From: Candidatus Spongiisociaceae bacterium
Lineage (GTDB): Bacteria; Actinomycetota; Acidimicrobiia; Spongiisociales; Spongiisociaceae
NCBI GenBank assembly: GCA_965262915.1
Contig: OZ253564.1
Coordinates: 4,224,001 to 4,288,000, forward strand
DNA length: 64,000 nucleotides
Reading direction: 5' to 3'
Made by a program: the position numbers and the translations under genes. This document shows positions 9,373 to 19,879 of this stretch, in pieces (within the stretch, counting starts at the first letter, position 1; each line of letters opens with the position of its first letter). The notes under the pieces were generated by a model that worked only from the letters and a program-made list of their open reading frames with translations, had not been told where the DNA came from and made no database searches.

Positions 9373-9693
9373 TCACCTGATCACACGGTACCGGTTCTTG
9401 GTGACCCTGACGAAGTACATGATGATGGCCCCCACGACCGCCACCGTGCCCAGCAGCATGGTGGCCGGTACGAGGAACCGGTACGACCACTCCGGCTCGG
9501 GTTCGGCCGTGTCCTCGTCCGGTACAGGTATGGCGGGCTCGGGGACCTCGGCGGCCGGGGCCTCGGCCGGGTCGCCCTCCTGGGCCGCTGCCGGAGCGAC
9601 CACTAGGACCCCCACCGACACGCACAGCAGCGCTGCCAGCAGTGCCAACGGGATGGCCGCGGCGGACACCCCCGATCGGACGACGCGTGACAT
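9373..9693 (-). CDS. Small secreted or membrane protein
   Basis: Signal-like N-terminus ending AAAQE, acidic Pro-rich linker, C-terminal TM helix and basic tail. Confidence 0.65.
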   Translation of the reverse strand: MSRVVRSGVSAAAIPLALLAALLCVSVGVLVVAPAAAQEGDPAEAPAAEVPEPAIPVPDEDTAEPEPEWSYRFLVPATMLLGTVAVVGAIIMYFVRVTKNRYRVIR

Positions 9694-9832
9694 GGCGGCG
9701 ATTGTACCAGCCCCCACGGGCCGCTCCCTCGCCCGCATCCCGTGGTCGGCGGGCAGGAAAACCTGCCGCACCCCGGCGCACCGGCGACGCCGGCGCGGAG
9801 AGCCGCCGTCCCGCCACACCGGAGGCGGACCG

Positions 9833-10768
9833 CTACCGCCTCCCATGAGACCAGTCGGGGGGTAGCTCGACGGGGAGCGGCTGGCGGAACACGCCGTCCG
9901 GTACGGGAGAACCGGTACGGATCAGCGCCAGGTTCCAGGACGGTGACGAACCTAGCGCCCAGCGGAGCAAGGACACCGCCGCGCGACCCGTCGAGCGGGC
10001 GCCCCGAACCTCCCTAACACCGAGGACGCGGCGAACCCGAGGGGGTGTGACCGCCACCGCAGCCCGGTACAGGAAGCCGTACCCGATCTTCTGGGCCGGG
10101 TCGAGGGGCGGGTCGGCCAGGAACGCCAGCGCGTTCCTCATGCCGGGCGACGGTCCCAGGTCGGGATGCTCCTCGATCCATCGGCTCAACGAGGCGGCAT
10201 CGTCGGGAACGGGATCGGCGTCCAGCATCCGGCCGATCCTGGCCTGCTCCCGGACGAACCGGTCGGCCTCGTCCGACGAGACAGGACGGGGGCCGTAGGC
10301 CTGGTGGGCAGCCAGGAAAGAGTCGGTCAACACGTTGTGGACCCAGGCCGACAGGGCAGGAACCCCTGCCGAATAGGCCCGCCCCCGGTGGGATCTCCCC
10401 ACCACCGTGGCGTGGGCCCTCCGGACCAGGCTCACCGCGCGTTCCACCTCGCGGACCGCGCCGAAGGTGGTGGCCGTGACATAGGCCGAGGTACGTGACA
10501 GGCGACCCAGGGGATCCTCCCTGTACCGCGAGTGGTCCGCCACCCCCGCCACCACCTCGGGGTGGGCGGTCTGGACCAGCAAGGCGCGGATGCCGCCCAC
10601 GAAGGCTGCTATATCACCGATCAGAGGCCACGACACGGCGCCGGGACCGCATACCCCGGGGTCGCCGGGATACTGCAGGGTGTTGGCAAGCGGGTATTCA
10701 GCATGGCGGAAGGGGCCGGTGGCCGAGGCCCGTACCCGCTTCCGGAAGGATTCCGTTGCCCCTCTCAC
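9833..10768 (-). CDS. MpaB/DUF2236-family oxygenase-like protein
   Basis: GPGAVSW, GGIRALLVQTAHPEVVAGVADHS, RLSRT, Y(S)A...WVH. Start is approximate. Confidence 0.85.
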   Translation of the reverse strand: MRGATESFRKRVRASATGPFRHAEYPLANTLQYPGDPGVCGPGAVSWPLIGDIAAFVGGIRALLVQTAHPEVVAGVADHSRYREDPLGRLSRTSAYVTATTFGAVREVERAVSLVRRAHATVVGRSHRGRAYSAGVPALSAWVHNVLTDSFLAAHQAYGPRPVSSDEADRFVREQARIGRMLDADPVPDDAASLSRWIEEHPDLGPSPGMRNALAFLADPPLDPAQKIGYGFLYRAAVAVTPPRVRRVLGVREVRGARSTGRAAVSLLRWALGSSPSWNLALIRTGSPVPDGVFRQPLPVELPPDWSHGRR

Positions 10769-10781
10769 AGGCCCGATCCGG

Positions 10782-11030
10782 TCAGTGGCGGGTGAGATCC
10801 CGGATGGAGCGGCGGATGCGCTCGACCATGTCGGGGGGGGCCTCGATGTGGGCTCGCTCACGGATGAAACGCAGCAGTCGCTGTTCGAACTCGTAGGCGC
10901 GCTCGCAGTTCAGGCACCTGCGCAGGTGCAGGCGGATCCGCACCTTGCGTACCGCCCGGATCTCCCCGTCGAGATACGAATAGACCCGGGAGAGCGCCCG
11001 GACACATGTGTCTCTACGTATCATTCTCAT
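10782..11030 (-). CDS. Zinc-binding anti-sigma factor (RsrA/RshA-like)
   Basis: C...YLDGE...HLRRCLNC (HxxxCxxC). Overlaps the sigma gene stop. Confidence 0.88.
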   Translation of the reverse strand: MRMIRRDTCVRALSRVYSYLDGEIRAVRKVRIRLHLRRCLNCERAYEFEQRLLRFIRERAHIEAPPDMVERIRRSIRDLTRH

Positions 11031-11598
11031 CTCCGGTCGCGCGGGTGAACCCCTGCTCCCTCGCCGTGGCCCACAATAGCTTCTGCAGAGCCTTCCGACC
11101 GCGATGAAGGCGGGACATCACCGTCCCGATCGGGATACCGAGCATCGCAGCGATCTCCTTGTAGGAAAAACCTTGGAGGTCGGCCAGCAGCACCGGCATC
11201 CGGAAGGGCTCGGGGAGCCTGTCTATCGCCCGCCGCACATCCGCCCCCTCCAACGCCTCGAACACCTGATCCTCCGCCGACCGCGCCAACCGGTTGGCCT
11301 CGGCCGGCGCGAGCCTGCGGTACAGGTACAGGTCTTCAACCTCTCCCAGATCCACCTCGTGAGGACGGCGCTGCTGCCTGCGGTACCGGTTGATGAAGGT
11401 ATTGGTGAGGATCCGGTAGAGCCATGCCCGCAGGTTGGTACCTTCGGCAAAGCCGGCGTAGCCGCGGTAGGCCTTCAGGAAGGTCTCCTGAACCAGGTCC
11501 TCGGCGTCGGCCGGATTGCGGGTCATACGAAGTGCTGCCGAATAGAGACGGTGGGCGTACACCAGCGCATCGCGCTCGAAGTTTACCCTATCCGCCAT
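11014..11598 (-). CDS. ECF sigma factor, SigR/SigH-like
   Basis: [53 protein letters not shown]. Confidence 0.92.
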   Translation of the reverse strand: MADRVNFERDALVYAHRLYSAALRMTRNPADAEDLVQETFLKAYRGYAGFAEGTNLRAWLYRILTNTFINRYRRQQRRPHEVDLGEVEDLYLYRRLAPAEANRLARSAEDQVFEALEGADVRRAIDRLPEPFRMPVLLADLQGFSYKEIAAMLGIPIGTVMSRLHRGRKALQKLLWATAREQGFTRATGDENDT

Positions 11599-11699
11599 CT
11601 CCCCTGCCCTGCTCGACTGCCGTCCGGTCTCCGGCCTGTACACCCCCGCCCATCGAAGGACACCGGACATCCGGCGACGGGAGCGGCGGCGCGCCCCGG

Positions 11700-11772
11700 A
11701 GCCGGAGAGGGGAATCGAACCCCTGACCTGCTCATTACGAGTGAGCCGCTCTGCCGACTGAGCTACTCCGGC
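11700..11772 (-). tRNA. tRNA-Thr (anticodon CGT)
   Basis: gccggagtagctcagtcggcagagcggctcactCGTaatgagcaggtcaggggttcgattcccctctccggct folds as a cloverleaf with a GGTTCGA T-loop. CCA is not encoded. Confidence 0.95.
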
Positions 11773-11922
11773 GCGGCGACCGATGTTAGTAGGGTGCCGG
11801 ACAACTCGACCGACCAGGCCGGGGATCGGTGGTCGGCGATGGGTGGTCGGCGATCGGTCGCTCACATACCTGCATCGTAACAGTAGCTAGTGATGTATTG
11901 CCTGTGCTGCGCTTGCTGCCGC

Positions 11923-12549
11923 TCACCGGTCACCGGACAGCAACCCGATCTCATAGTCAAGAGCAGACCGCAGGGCCTCGGTCAAGGCGCTCACCGGGTC
12001 CGGCCGGTCGACGAACCCGGCGGGTTCGATGGCGCAGCCCACCACCACCCGGATGGGCGCCCGGCTGATCCGCATGGTGTCGGCCGGCATGGCATGCTGG
12101 CTTCCCCACACCACCACGGGTACCGCGGGAACACCTGCCCGTAACGCCAGCCAGGCGGCCCCTCGGTTGAGCGGGGAGTCTCCCCAGCGCCGGACCCTGC
12201 GGCCCTCGGGGAACACGCCGACTATCCCGCCCGATGCCAGGTGCCGGAGCGCGGTCTTCAAGGGCCCGGTCGGGTACCGACCCTCTCTGGGCAGTGGCAC
12301 GGCGCCGAAGACCCGAAAGATCGCATCGAGGACGGCGGAGTTTCCCCATAGTTCGTCGAGGGCCAGGAAACGTACCGGGCGCCGGATCGCCAACCCCGCG
12401 AGCGGTGGATCGAGGTGAGAGAAGTGGTTGATCACCGCCAGGTAGGGACCTTTCGGAGGTGGGCACCTCCGTACCACGGAATAGGGAAACCACGCGGCCA
12501 GCACCCTGGCCACCGGCCAGCAAAGGGTCCAGAGTGCTCGGCGCGGCAA
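11923..12549 (-). CDS. Lysophospholipid acyltransferase (PlsC family)
   Basis: NHFSHLD (HX4D) and VFPEGRR motifs. Confidence 0.88.
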   Translation of the reverse strand: MPRRALWTLCWPVARVLAAWFPYSVVRRCPPPKGPYLAVINHFSHLDPPLAGLAIRRPVRFLALDELWGNSAVLDAIFRVFGAVPLPREGRYPTGPLKTALRHLASGGIVGVFPEGRRVRRWGDSPLNRGAAWLALRAGVPAVPVVVWGSQHAMPADTMRISRAPIRVVVGCAIEPAGFVDRPDPVSALTEALRSALDYEIGLLSGDR

Positions 12550-12577
12550 TCCGGCCGCGGCCCTCAGCGCGATGCTG

Positions 12578-13651
12578 TCACCCCTCCCTGGCTCGAACCC
12601 AGAGTGCCGCCAGCTGATCCTCCGTTCCCAAGGAGATGAGGAGATCCTCCGGCAACAGGACGAAGTGACGCGACGGGTTGGTCACGAACGACCCGCCCCG
12701 GCGCACCGCCAGCACGGTCGCCCCGGTCGTGCTCCTGATGGCGCAGTCCGCCAAGGACCGATCGGCGAACGGCGATCCGCCGGGGATGTTGGTCTCCGCT
12801 AATCGCACTTCCAGCTCGGCGTGCTGCATCACGACGTCGAGGAACTCGGAGACGTCGGGATGGGACACCAGGGCGGCCATGCGGGCTCCACCGATCTGCT
12901 GGGGATTGACCACGCGGTCTGCCCCGGCCTGGCGCAGCTTGGGGGCGGTGGCCGACTCGTTGGCCCGCGCCACGATGAAGACATCGGGATTGATGGAGCG
13001 GGCGGTGAGCGCTATGAACAGGTTGTCCACATCGGAGTCGAGAGCGATGACCAGGGTCTTGGCTCGTTCCAGACCGGCCTGGACGAGGACGTCGTCCTCC
13101 GTGGCATCCCCGACCACCACCTGGTGTTCGTCGGCGGCTTGACTGTATTCCGGCTCCTGCTGGTCGATGATGACCACACTCTCTCCGGCCCTGATCAGCT
13201 CCCCCTCGATGGCCCGGCCCACCTGCCCGTACCCGCACAGGACCACATGGCCTCTCAGCCGATCGATTCTTCGTTGCATACGCCGCCTCCGGAATTGGCC
13301 GTCGAGCCGGCCCTCGAACATCGTCTCGATCAGTACACCCAGCGTATAGAGCGACGTGCCCGTGCCGAACAGGATGAGAAAGACCGTGAACACCTTATAG
13401 CGCTCCGCGACCTCACCGACCTCACGGTATCCCACGGTCGAGATGGTGATCACCGTCTGGTACACGGCATCGAGCAGATCGAGTCCGAGCGCCACGTAGC
13501 CGCCTGTCCCCGCCGCGAGAACGAGAGCAAGCACTCCGATTCCGGCCCGGAACCGCCCCCAGGGATCCCCGGGGACACGCTCGAGAGGCCGTCTTCGGGA
13601 TATGAACTTCACGGTCCCCGAGGATAGGTGGTCGTCCGGCGCAGCCGCCAC
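12578..13651 (-). CDS. Potassium channel protein with TrkA-N/TrkA-C (RCK) domains
   Basis: TISTVGY pore motif, VLCGYGQVG, GDAT, and a C-terminal RCK_C domain. The true start may be the GTG near 13612. Confidence 0.9.
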   Translation of the reverse strand: MAAAPDDHLSSGTVKFISRRRPLERVPGDPWGRFRAGIGVLALVLAAGTGGYVALGLDLLDAVYQTVITISTVGYREVGEVAERYKVFTVFLILFGTGTSLYTLGVLIETMFEGRLDGQFRRRRMQRRIDRLRGHVVLCGYGQVGRAIEGELIRAGESVVIIDQQEPEYSQAADEHQVVVGDATEDDVLVQAGLERAKTLVIALDSDVDNLFIALTARSINPDVFIVARANESATAPKLRQAGADRVVNPQQIGGARMAALVSHPDVSEFLDVVMQHAELEVRLAETNIPGGSPFADRSLADCAIRSTTGATVLAVRRGGSFVTNPSRHFVLLPEDLLISLGTEDQLAALWVRAREG

Positions 13652-13814
13652 GGATCAGGACGCCCGGTCGGATGCCGCAGGCGGCTGTTCCCCGGCCCCC
13701 TCGTAGACCTACCGGGCGGGACCGGACGGCCTCTTCCTGCCCGGGTCCCCCACGGCCGGACGCCGGTCTCAGGACCGACCCGATCCCTTCGACGAAGGCA
13801 CCCCTCGGAAGGAA

Positions 13815-15062
13815 TCAGACCGAGGCCAGCAGGCCTGCGCCTGCCGCGGTGAGCACCACGACCAACCAGGAGGGAAGCTTCCAGAACGCCAGCATCCCGA
13901 AAGCGACCACCGCCAGTCCGAAGTCTTCCGGACCGAGGATCGCGCTCGACCAGAGCGGGTCGTACAGAGCCGAGAGCAATATCCCCACCACGACCGCGTT
14001 GACCCCGCGCAGCACCGCCTGTACCTCCACGCGCGAGCGCAGCGCCCCGAAGGACGGCAGAGTGGCGACCACGATCAGGAGGGACGGCAGGTAGAGGGCG
14101 GTCATCGCGAGCGCCGCGCCGGCCAATCCGTTCGGCTCCGGACCCATCGAGGCTCCGAGATAGGCCGCAAAGGTGAAGATCGGCCCGGGGATCGCCTGAG
14201 CGGCGCCGAAACCAGCCAGGAAAACCTCTTGGCCGACCCACCCGGACCCCACGACCTCTCTCTCGAGGAGAGGAAGGACCACCGGCCCGCCGCCGAACAC
14301 CAGGGCGCCGGAGCCGTAGAAGGCATCGGCTGTCTCGACGGCGTGGGAATCGAACGCGGCTCGAGCTGCCGGCAGGAGAGCCAGGAGAGCGAAGAAGAGG
14401 ACGGTGCTCACCAGTGCCGCCCTCCGGCCTGTACCCAGGCGGTGTGAGCGGGCAACGGCCGTCTCCTCACGCAGAAAGAACCAACCCAGGATCCCGCCGA
14501 TAGCGATCACGACCAGGATGGTCGTCCGTGTCGACGAAGGGAACGCGATGAGGGCCGTCGTGGACAGCAGCGCCATCGAACTCCGGATCCTGTCAGGAGC
14601 CAGTCGGCGCCACAGCTTCCAGACCGCGAGCGCCACCACCGGCACCGCCACGACCACCAGGCCATGGATCCATCCGGCGGCTTGCTCCGTCAGCCGGGAA
14701 GCCGTCAACCCGAGCGCGGTGAGCAAGACTGCCGAAGGCAGCGTGAACCCGATCCACGCCGCGAACCCGCCCGGAAGCCCGCCCCGGATGATCCCGATGG
14801 CCATGCCGAGCTTGCTGCTCCCAGCCCCCGGAAAGACCTGCGAAAGGGCGACGAGATCAGCGAACGTCTCCTCGTCCACCCATCGCCGGCGCTCGACGTA
14901 CTCTTCCTCGAAGTAGGCGAAGTGGGCGATCGGACCACCGAAGGAGGTCAACCCGAGCCGGAGCGCCACCAGGAAGATCCGGATGACGGAACTCCGCTCA
15001 GGGTCCAGGGTTCCAGAACCTGAAGCGTTGCCCGGTTCGGCATGGATGCCGGCGCCCGTCAC
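13815..15062 (-). CDS. chrA: Chromate efflux transporter (long-chain CHR family)
   Basis: GLTSFGGPIAH...VERRRW, GALVFGGG, AQAIPGPIFT. Confidence 0.88.
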   Translation of the reverse strand: MTGAGIHAEPGNASGSGTLDPERSSVIRIFLVALRLGLTSFGGPIAHFAYFEEEYVERRRWVDEETFADLVALSQVFPGAGSSKLGMAIGIIRGGLPGGFAAWIGFTLPSAVLLTALGLTASRLTEQAAGWIHGLVVVAVPVVALAVWKLWRRLAPDRIRSSMALLSTTALIAFPSSTRTTILVVIAIGGILGWFFLREETAVARSHRLGTGRRAALVSTVLFFALLALLPAARAAFDSHAVETADAFYGSGALVFGGGPVVLPLLEREVVGSGWVGQEVFLAGFGAAQAIPGPIFTFAAYLGASMGPEPNGLAGAALAMTALYLPSLLIVVATLPSFGALRSRVEVQAVLRGVNAVVVGILLSALYDPLWSSAILGPEDFGLAVVAFGMLAFWKLPSWLVVVLTAAGAGLLASV

Positions 15063-15164
15063 AGAGTTCCCTCGTATAGCTGTCGGTAGCGCGCAACGAT
15101 ACCCACACCCCTGGGTCCTCAGCCGGGGGAAGCCATCCTCCCGCAGCCCGGGTTGTGTAGGGGC

Positions 15165-16280
15165 TCAGCTCTCCAGTACTTCTATGACGGCCGCCATGAA
15201 CCGCCGGCCGGTGGCGCCGTCGATGATTCGATGATCGTAGGAGAGGCTCAGAGGGAACTGCCTGCCGATCTCCATCCTGTTCCCCCTCACCACCGGACGC
15301 CGTTCGGAGCGCCCCACCGACAGGATGGCGGAAGTACCGTACGGGATTATCGGGGTACCCCAGCCTCCGCCGACCGCGCCGATGTTCGAGACCGTGAAGG
15401 TCTGACCACGGAGTTCGTCGATCTGCAAGGTCCGGGCCTTCGCGCCGGCCGCCAACCTTCGAACCTCGCCGGCGAGTTCTTCCATTGACAGGGTGTCGGC
15501 GTCGCGGACCACAGCGACCATGAGGCCGTCGGGAGTGTCGACCGCGAATCCGATGTCGTAGAAACGGCGCTCGAGGATGTCGTCGCCCTCCACTGCGGCA
15601 TTGAAGACCGGGAACCGAACCAGGACGGGACCGAGGCGGGCGATCAGGAGAGCCTCCACCGGTGGTTTACCCAGTCGTTCCCGCTCGGCCAGTAACGGGT
15701 CCGAGTCGGCGTATCCGTAGGTGGTGACGTGGGGTATCTCCCGCCAGGAGCGGGACAGGTTCTCCGAGATGATCCTACGGAGACGGGACATCGGTACCCG
15801 TACGGTCGGACGGGTGGAGGCGGCACCCCTGACATCCTGTTCCGTGATGCGTCCTAGCGGGCCCGTGCCCGAGATGATCGACAGATCCACCCCCAGTTCG
15901 TCGGCCAGCCTGCGGACGAGCGGCAAAGCAAGGGGTCGGCGGGAGGCGGCCGTGCCGGCCTCCGGCAGAACACCTATCACGGGCGCCGAGGGCTCTTCGA
16001 CCTCGGACCGTGCCGGTTTGGATTCCTCCCGCCAGCGCTCGCCGGGCTCTCCGACAACCGCGAGGAGAGAATCGACCTCTACCGTGTCACCGTTCTCCCC
16101 GCCACGGTGCAGCAACACCCCTGCGAAGGGTGAAGGAATGTCGATGATCGCCTTGTCGGTCTCCACCTCCACAAGGGGCTCGTCAAGACCGACGGTGTCA
16201 CCCACATCGACGTACCAGGAGACGATTGTTGCCTCGACAAGTCCTTCTCCGATATCCGGAAGGTGAAATTGGTGCACCAT
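15165..16280 (-). CDS. 2-oxoacid dehydrogenase E2 (dihydrolipoamide acyltransferase)
   Basis: Lipoyl domain VETDKA, E3-binding GTGPLGRIT, catalytic DHRIIDG. Confidence 0.94.
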   Translation of the reverse strand: MVHQFHLPDIGEGLVEATIVSWYVDVGDTVGLDEPLVEVETDKAIIDIPSPFAGVLLHRGGENGDTVEVDSLLAVVGEPGERWREESKPARSEVEEPSAPVIGVLPEAGTAASRRPLALPLVRRLADELGVDLSIISGTGPLGRITEQDVRGAASTRPTVRVPMSRLRRIISENLSRSWREIPHVTTYGYADSDPLLAERERLGKPPVEALLIARLGPVLVRFPVFNAAVEGDDILERRFYDIGFAVDTPDGLMVAVVRDADTLSMEELAGEVRRLAAGAKARTLQIDELRGQTFTVSNIGAVGGGWGTPIIPYGTSAILSVGRSERRPVVRGNRMEIGRQFPLSLSYDHRIIDGATGRRFMAAVIEVLES

Positions 16281-16281
16281 C

Positions 16282-17256
16282 TCAATCCTCCAAAGTGGAG
16301 CGGGCGGCGGAAACGATTCGACCGACCGAAGGCATGTAGTGGCGTTCGGCTAGCCGCAGGGGAACCACGACATCCCATCCTGTCACCCGCTGCACGGGAG
16401 CCCGGAGCGAGTACAGCGCTTTCTCCTGTATCAATGCCACTATCTCAGCGGCAAAGCCCCCGGTGAGCGGGGCTTCATGGACTATGACGGCCCGGCCCGT
16501 CTTCACCACCGACGAGACGACCGTGTCCACGTCGAGCGGAACGAGAGTTCCGAGATCTATCACCTCGGCGGAGACTCCGTACACGGCCAGCCGGGCGGCG
16601 GCCTCAATGGTCTCCCGCATCATCGCTCCGTAGGCGATGAGCGACACGTCGGAACCCCGTCGCTCGACCATTGCCGAACCGATGGACGTCGCGTACCGGC
16701 CGTCGGGTACCTCACCACGAGCCGCGCGATACAGCCGGATGGGCTCCATGTAGATCACCGGATCGGGATCCTCGACCGCCGCCAAGAGAAGGCCCTTGGC
16801 GTTTTCGGGGGTGGAAGCGACGACCACCTTGAGTCCGGGTATGTGGGTGTAGATGGCCTCGGTGGACTCGCTGTGATGTTCAGCGGCGCCGATTCCCCCG
16901 CCATAGGGGAGGCGGATCACCATCGGGGCCGTGAATCGGTGCCGAGACCGGTTGCGGATCCTGGCGACGTGATTGATTACCTGGTCATAGGCAGGGTAGG
17001 AGAATCCCATGAACTGGATCTCGACGATAGGTCGCATGCCGGCAACCGCCATGCCGAACGCCGCCCCGACAATTCCCGACTCGGCAACCGGCGTATCGAT
17101 CACCCGCTCGGGGCCATACTTCCGCTGTAGCCCGTCGGTTATACGGAAGACGCCCCCGGTCATCCCGATGTCCTCACCGATGATGACCACCCGGGGATCT
17201 TCGAGCGCAAGGTCGAGAGCCGAGTTGAGAGCCTGAGCCAGGGTCATGACGCTCAT
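16282..17256 (-). CDS. 2-oxoacid dehydrogenase E1 beta subunit
   Basis: GEDIG..GGVFRIT, DTPVAESG, EIQFMGF, EHHSES. ATGA overlap with the E1 alpha stop. Confidence 0.94.
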   Translation of the reverse strand: MSVMTLAQALNSALDLALEDPRVVIIGEDIGMTGGVFRITDGLQRKYGPERVIDTPVAESGIVGAAFGMAVAGMRPIVEIQFMGFSYPAYDQVINHVARIRNRSRHRFTAPMVIRLPYGGGIGAAEHHSESTEAIYTHIPGLKVVVASTPENAKGLLLAAVEDPDPVIYMEPIRLYRAARGEVPDGRYATSIGSAMVERRGSDVSLIAYGAMMRETIEAAARLAVYGVSAEVIDLGTLVPLDVDTVVSSVVKTGRAVIVHEAPLTGGFAAEIVALIQEKALYSLRAPVQRVTGWDVVVPLRLAERHYMPSVGRIVSAARSTLED

Positions 17257-18293
17257 CGCGAGAACCGCTGTGCCAAGATCCGCTGAACGACCAGGGGGGC
17301 CGTCGGCTCCTCGTACATGGCGTCGAATATCTCTCCGGCAGTGAATGACTCGATGGATTCGGCCTCGGCCACCGCCGCCTCGATTCGCCGCGATGACCGG
17401 TCCTCCAGTTCGGCCTGCCATCGGTCGTCCCAGGCACCCTGTATCTCCAGCCAGAGGCGAACCCGCTCCAGGGGGTCCCTGCCTTGCCATGCGACCAGAT
17501 CCTCCTCCCGGCGGTAGCGCCGGTGGTCATCCGCGGTGGTATGGCCGTGGATCCGGTATGTGAGGGCCTCGATCAGGGTCGGGCCTTCCGCGGCGCGGGC
17601 CCTGTCGACCGCCTCGGTAACCACCTGTTCCACCGCCAGTACATCGTTCCCATCGACGACAACTCCTGGTAAGCCGTAGGCAGTCGCTTTCTGGGCTATG
17701 GTCTCCGACGCTGTCTGGCCGGCGCGAGGCATCGAAATGGCCCAACCGTTGTTCTGGCAGAAGAAAACCGTGGGCGTGCGGTAAACCCCTGCGAAGTTCA
17801 TGGCTTCGTGGAAGTCGCCCTCCGAAGTGGCTCCATCCCCGAACATCGTCAGGGCTACGGCATCGGTTCCTTTCATCTTCTCCGCCCAGGAGATACCGAC
17901 CGCGTGGATCATGTGTCCGCCCACTGTTACCGACGGCGGTAGCACCCTGACTCCCTCGGGTGGACGGCCTCCCCGCTCGTCACCCATTCTCGCCAGAAGC
18001 AGGTTGCTCCACGGATAGCCGTGGAAGTGCATGGCCGCCGCGTCCCGGTAGCTGGCAACCAGCCAGTCTTTAGGCATCAGCGGTGCGACTGCTCCGATCT
18101 GGGCCGCTTCCTGACCCTCGTACGGGGCGTAGGTAGCCAGCCGACCCTGGCGCTGGAGGGCCGACGCCTTGTGATCGTAGAGACGCGCCTCCACCAGTGC
18201 GGCGTACCTCTTGCGGACGGTCCGGAGATCGGGCGCTGTCCGATCGGAGTGAATACCGTCCGAGGTGAGTATCTGGCGAGGATTGAGATGCAT
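17253..18293 (-). CDS. 2-oxoacid dehydrogenase E1 alpha subunit (pyruvate or branched-chain)
   Basis: LQRQGRL, GQEAAQ, TPP-binding GDGATSEG...NN, HTTADD. Confidence 0.94.
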   Translation of the reverse strand: MHLNPRQILTSDGIHSDRTAPDLRTVRKRYAALVEARLYDHKASALQRQGRLATYAPYEGQEAAQIGAVAPLMPKDWLVASYRDAAAMHFHGYPWSNLLLARMGDERGGRPPEGVRVLPPSVTVGGHMIHAVGISWAEKMKGTDAVALTMFGDGATSEGDFHEAMNFAGVYRTPTVFFCQNNGWAISMPRAGQTASETIAQKATAYGLPGVVVDGNDVLAVEQVVTEAVDRARAAEGPTLIEALTYRIHGHTTADDHRRYRREEDLVAWQGRDPLERVRLWLEIQGAWDDRWQAELEDRSSRRIEAAVAEAESIESFTAGEIFDAMYEEPTAPLVVQRILAQRFSR

Positions 18294-18419
18294 GGTGCGA
18301 GAGGCTACAACTCCGAAGGAACCAACTGGTTCCGCGAGCCTGGCGTGGACATGCCGGGCGGGGGACCGAGAGGAAGACGACGCGTAGCATTGTCGGCACG
18401 ACCTACAGAAGGGGCAGGC

Positions 18420-18746
18420 ATGAGCAGCGAGACATTGGTGGAGTTGACTCCGGCCGCAGCCGGGAAAGTCATCGAGCTCGGGGCAGGCGGGCCGGACCGA
18501 GCTTACCTGCATGTCTACCCGGCAGGACAGGGATGCTGCCGCACGGTCTACGGCCTGGCCTTCCTACGCAAGGTCGACGACGAATTCGAGGTGATGGAGA
18601 GCCACGGGGTCAAGGTGGCGGTGGCAAACGCGGCTCGCGACACGATCCGGGGCGTGGAGATCGACTTTGTCCAGACGCCTCAAGGCGAAGGCTTCACCGT
18701 CATCAACCAGACTCCGACCGCCGGTGGCGGCTGCGCGTGCCACTGA
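18420..18746 (+). CDS. HesB/IscA-family Fe-S cluster carrier protein
   Basis: ELTPAAA.K, GQGCC..YGL, IDF, GF...N, C-terminal GCAC. Confidence 0.82.
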   Translation: MSSETLVELTPAAAGKVIELGAGGPDRAYLHVYPAGQGCCRTVYGLAFLRKVDDEFEVMESHGVKVAVANAARDTIRGVEIDFVQTPQGEGFTVINQTPTAGGGCACH

Positions 18747-18973
18747 ACTAGACCCATCCGACCTGTCGGGCAGTGAGCCAACAGGTTAGGTACACAACGG
18801 TGTGTGACCAGGCTTTTGGCTTCTCCCGATCAACCGAGTGGAGCCATCGGTCACATGCCCCGGTCACGCATCGCAGGCCAATATCGGACTACGATACCAG
18901 GGGCACCGAAGGGCATACCGCTCCACCCACGATCACCCACGGCTTCCTGCCAGCCTCATGCGTGGGGGAAAGC

Positions 18974-19636
18974 TCAGACTTTGCGGGCAAATAGCAGGCC
19001 ATCGCCGATCGGAACGAGTGACACCTCGACCCGGCTGTCCCTACCCGCCAGCGTGTTGAGTTCACGCAGCGTCAAGGTGATGTCGTCAGAGCGCCCCGGG
19101 TCGGCGACGTAGCCTCCCCAGAGAGCATTGTCGACCAGTAGGAGGCCACCCTTCCGCAGGAGTTGCAAGCAGAGCTCGTAGTACCAGGGGTAGGTGCCCT
19201 TGTCGGCATCGATGAAGGCGAAGTCGTAGGTCTCCCCCTCCCCGGAGGCGATCATCCGTTCCAGCGTCTCCGCGGCTGGGCCGATCCGCAGGTCAATCCG
19301 GCCGCTAACCCCGGCTCTGTCCCAGTAACGGCGGGCAATGTCGGTGTACTCGACGCTGATGTCGCACGCGACGAGGAGACCGTCATGCGGAAGGGCCCGG
19401 GCCACGCAAAGGCTGCTGTAGCCGGTGAAGACCCCCACCTCGATGGCCCGGGTGACGCCCACCAGCTTCACGAGAAGGCCCATGAGCTGACCCTGATCGG
19501 GCGATATCTGCATCCCGCCTTCCGGAAGCCGCACGGTCTCCTCGCGTAGCTCGGCCAGAAGTGCGTCCTCCCGGAGGGTGGCCGAGAGGATGTAGTCGTA
19601 GAGCTCCGGCGCTATGAAGGCGTTGCGATTGGCCAT
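18974..19636 (-). CDS. SAM-dependent O-methyltransferase (caffeoyl-CoA OMT-like)
   Basis: MQISPDQGQ, IEVGVFTGYS, FIDADK, DNALW. Confidence 0.9.
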   Translation of the reverse strand: MANRNAFIAPELYDYILSATLREDALLAELREETVRLPEGGMQISPDQGQLMGLLVKLVGVTRAIEVGVFTGYSSLCVARALPHDGLLVACDISVEYTDIARRYWDRAGVSGRIDLRIGPAAETLERMIASGEGETYDFAFIDADKGTYPWYYELCLQLLRKGGLLLVDNALWGGYVADPGRSDDITLTLRELNTLAGRDSRVEVSLVPIGDGLLFARKV

Positions 19637-19662
19637 GGCGAATGGAACTCTAGAGCAATCGT

Positions 19663-19770
19663 CCGGGAGAGTGGCGGAAAAACCTCCTGGAGCGCGTCGG
19701 CCGATGACATGATGTCTGTTCAGAGGAAGACGGACCGTTGCTCCCCGCCGTTCTTGCAGCACCCTCCCGG
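19663..19770. mobile_element. MITE-like element (family A), 108 bp
   Basis: ccgggagagtggcggaaaaa ... ttcttgcagcaccctcccgg. The interior cgtcggccgatgacatgatgtctgttcagaggaagacggaccgttgctcccc aligns with 6244-6350. Confidence 0.7.
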
Positions 19771-19879
19771 CGCCCCGCCAAGACGGCTAGGGCGGCGGTC
19801 GGATCTCAATCACCGGACGGGTGGGGGTCAGCGACCATCCGTAGAGTCCCCGCCACCTGCCGGCGCCTTCCGACACTTG

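Noticed and set aside
11600-11780. Integrative element at tRNA-Thr
   Set aside because: No integrase and no duplicated tRNA 3' end seen. The neighbours are ordinary chromosomal genes.
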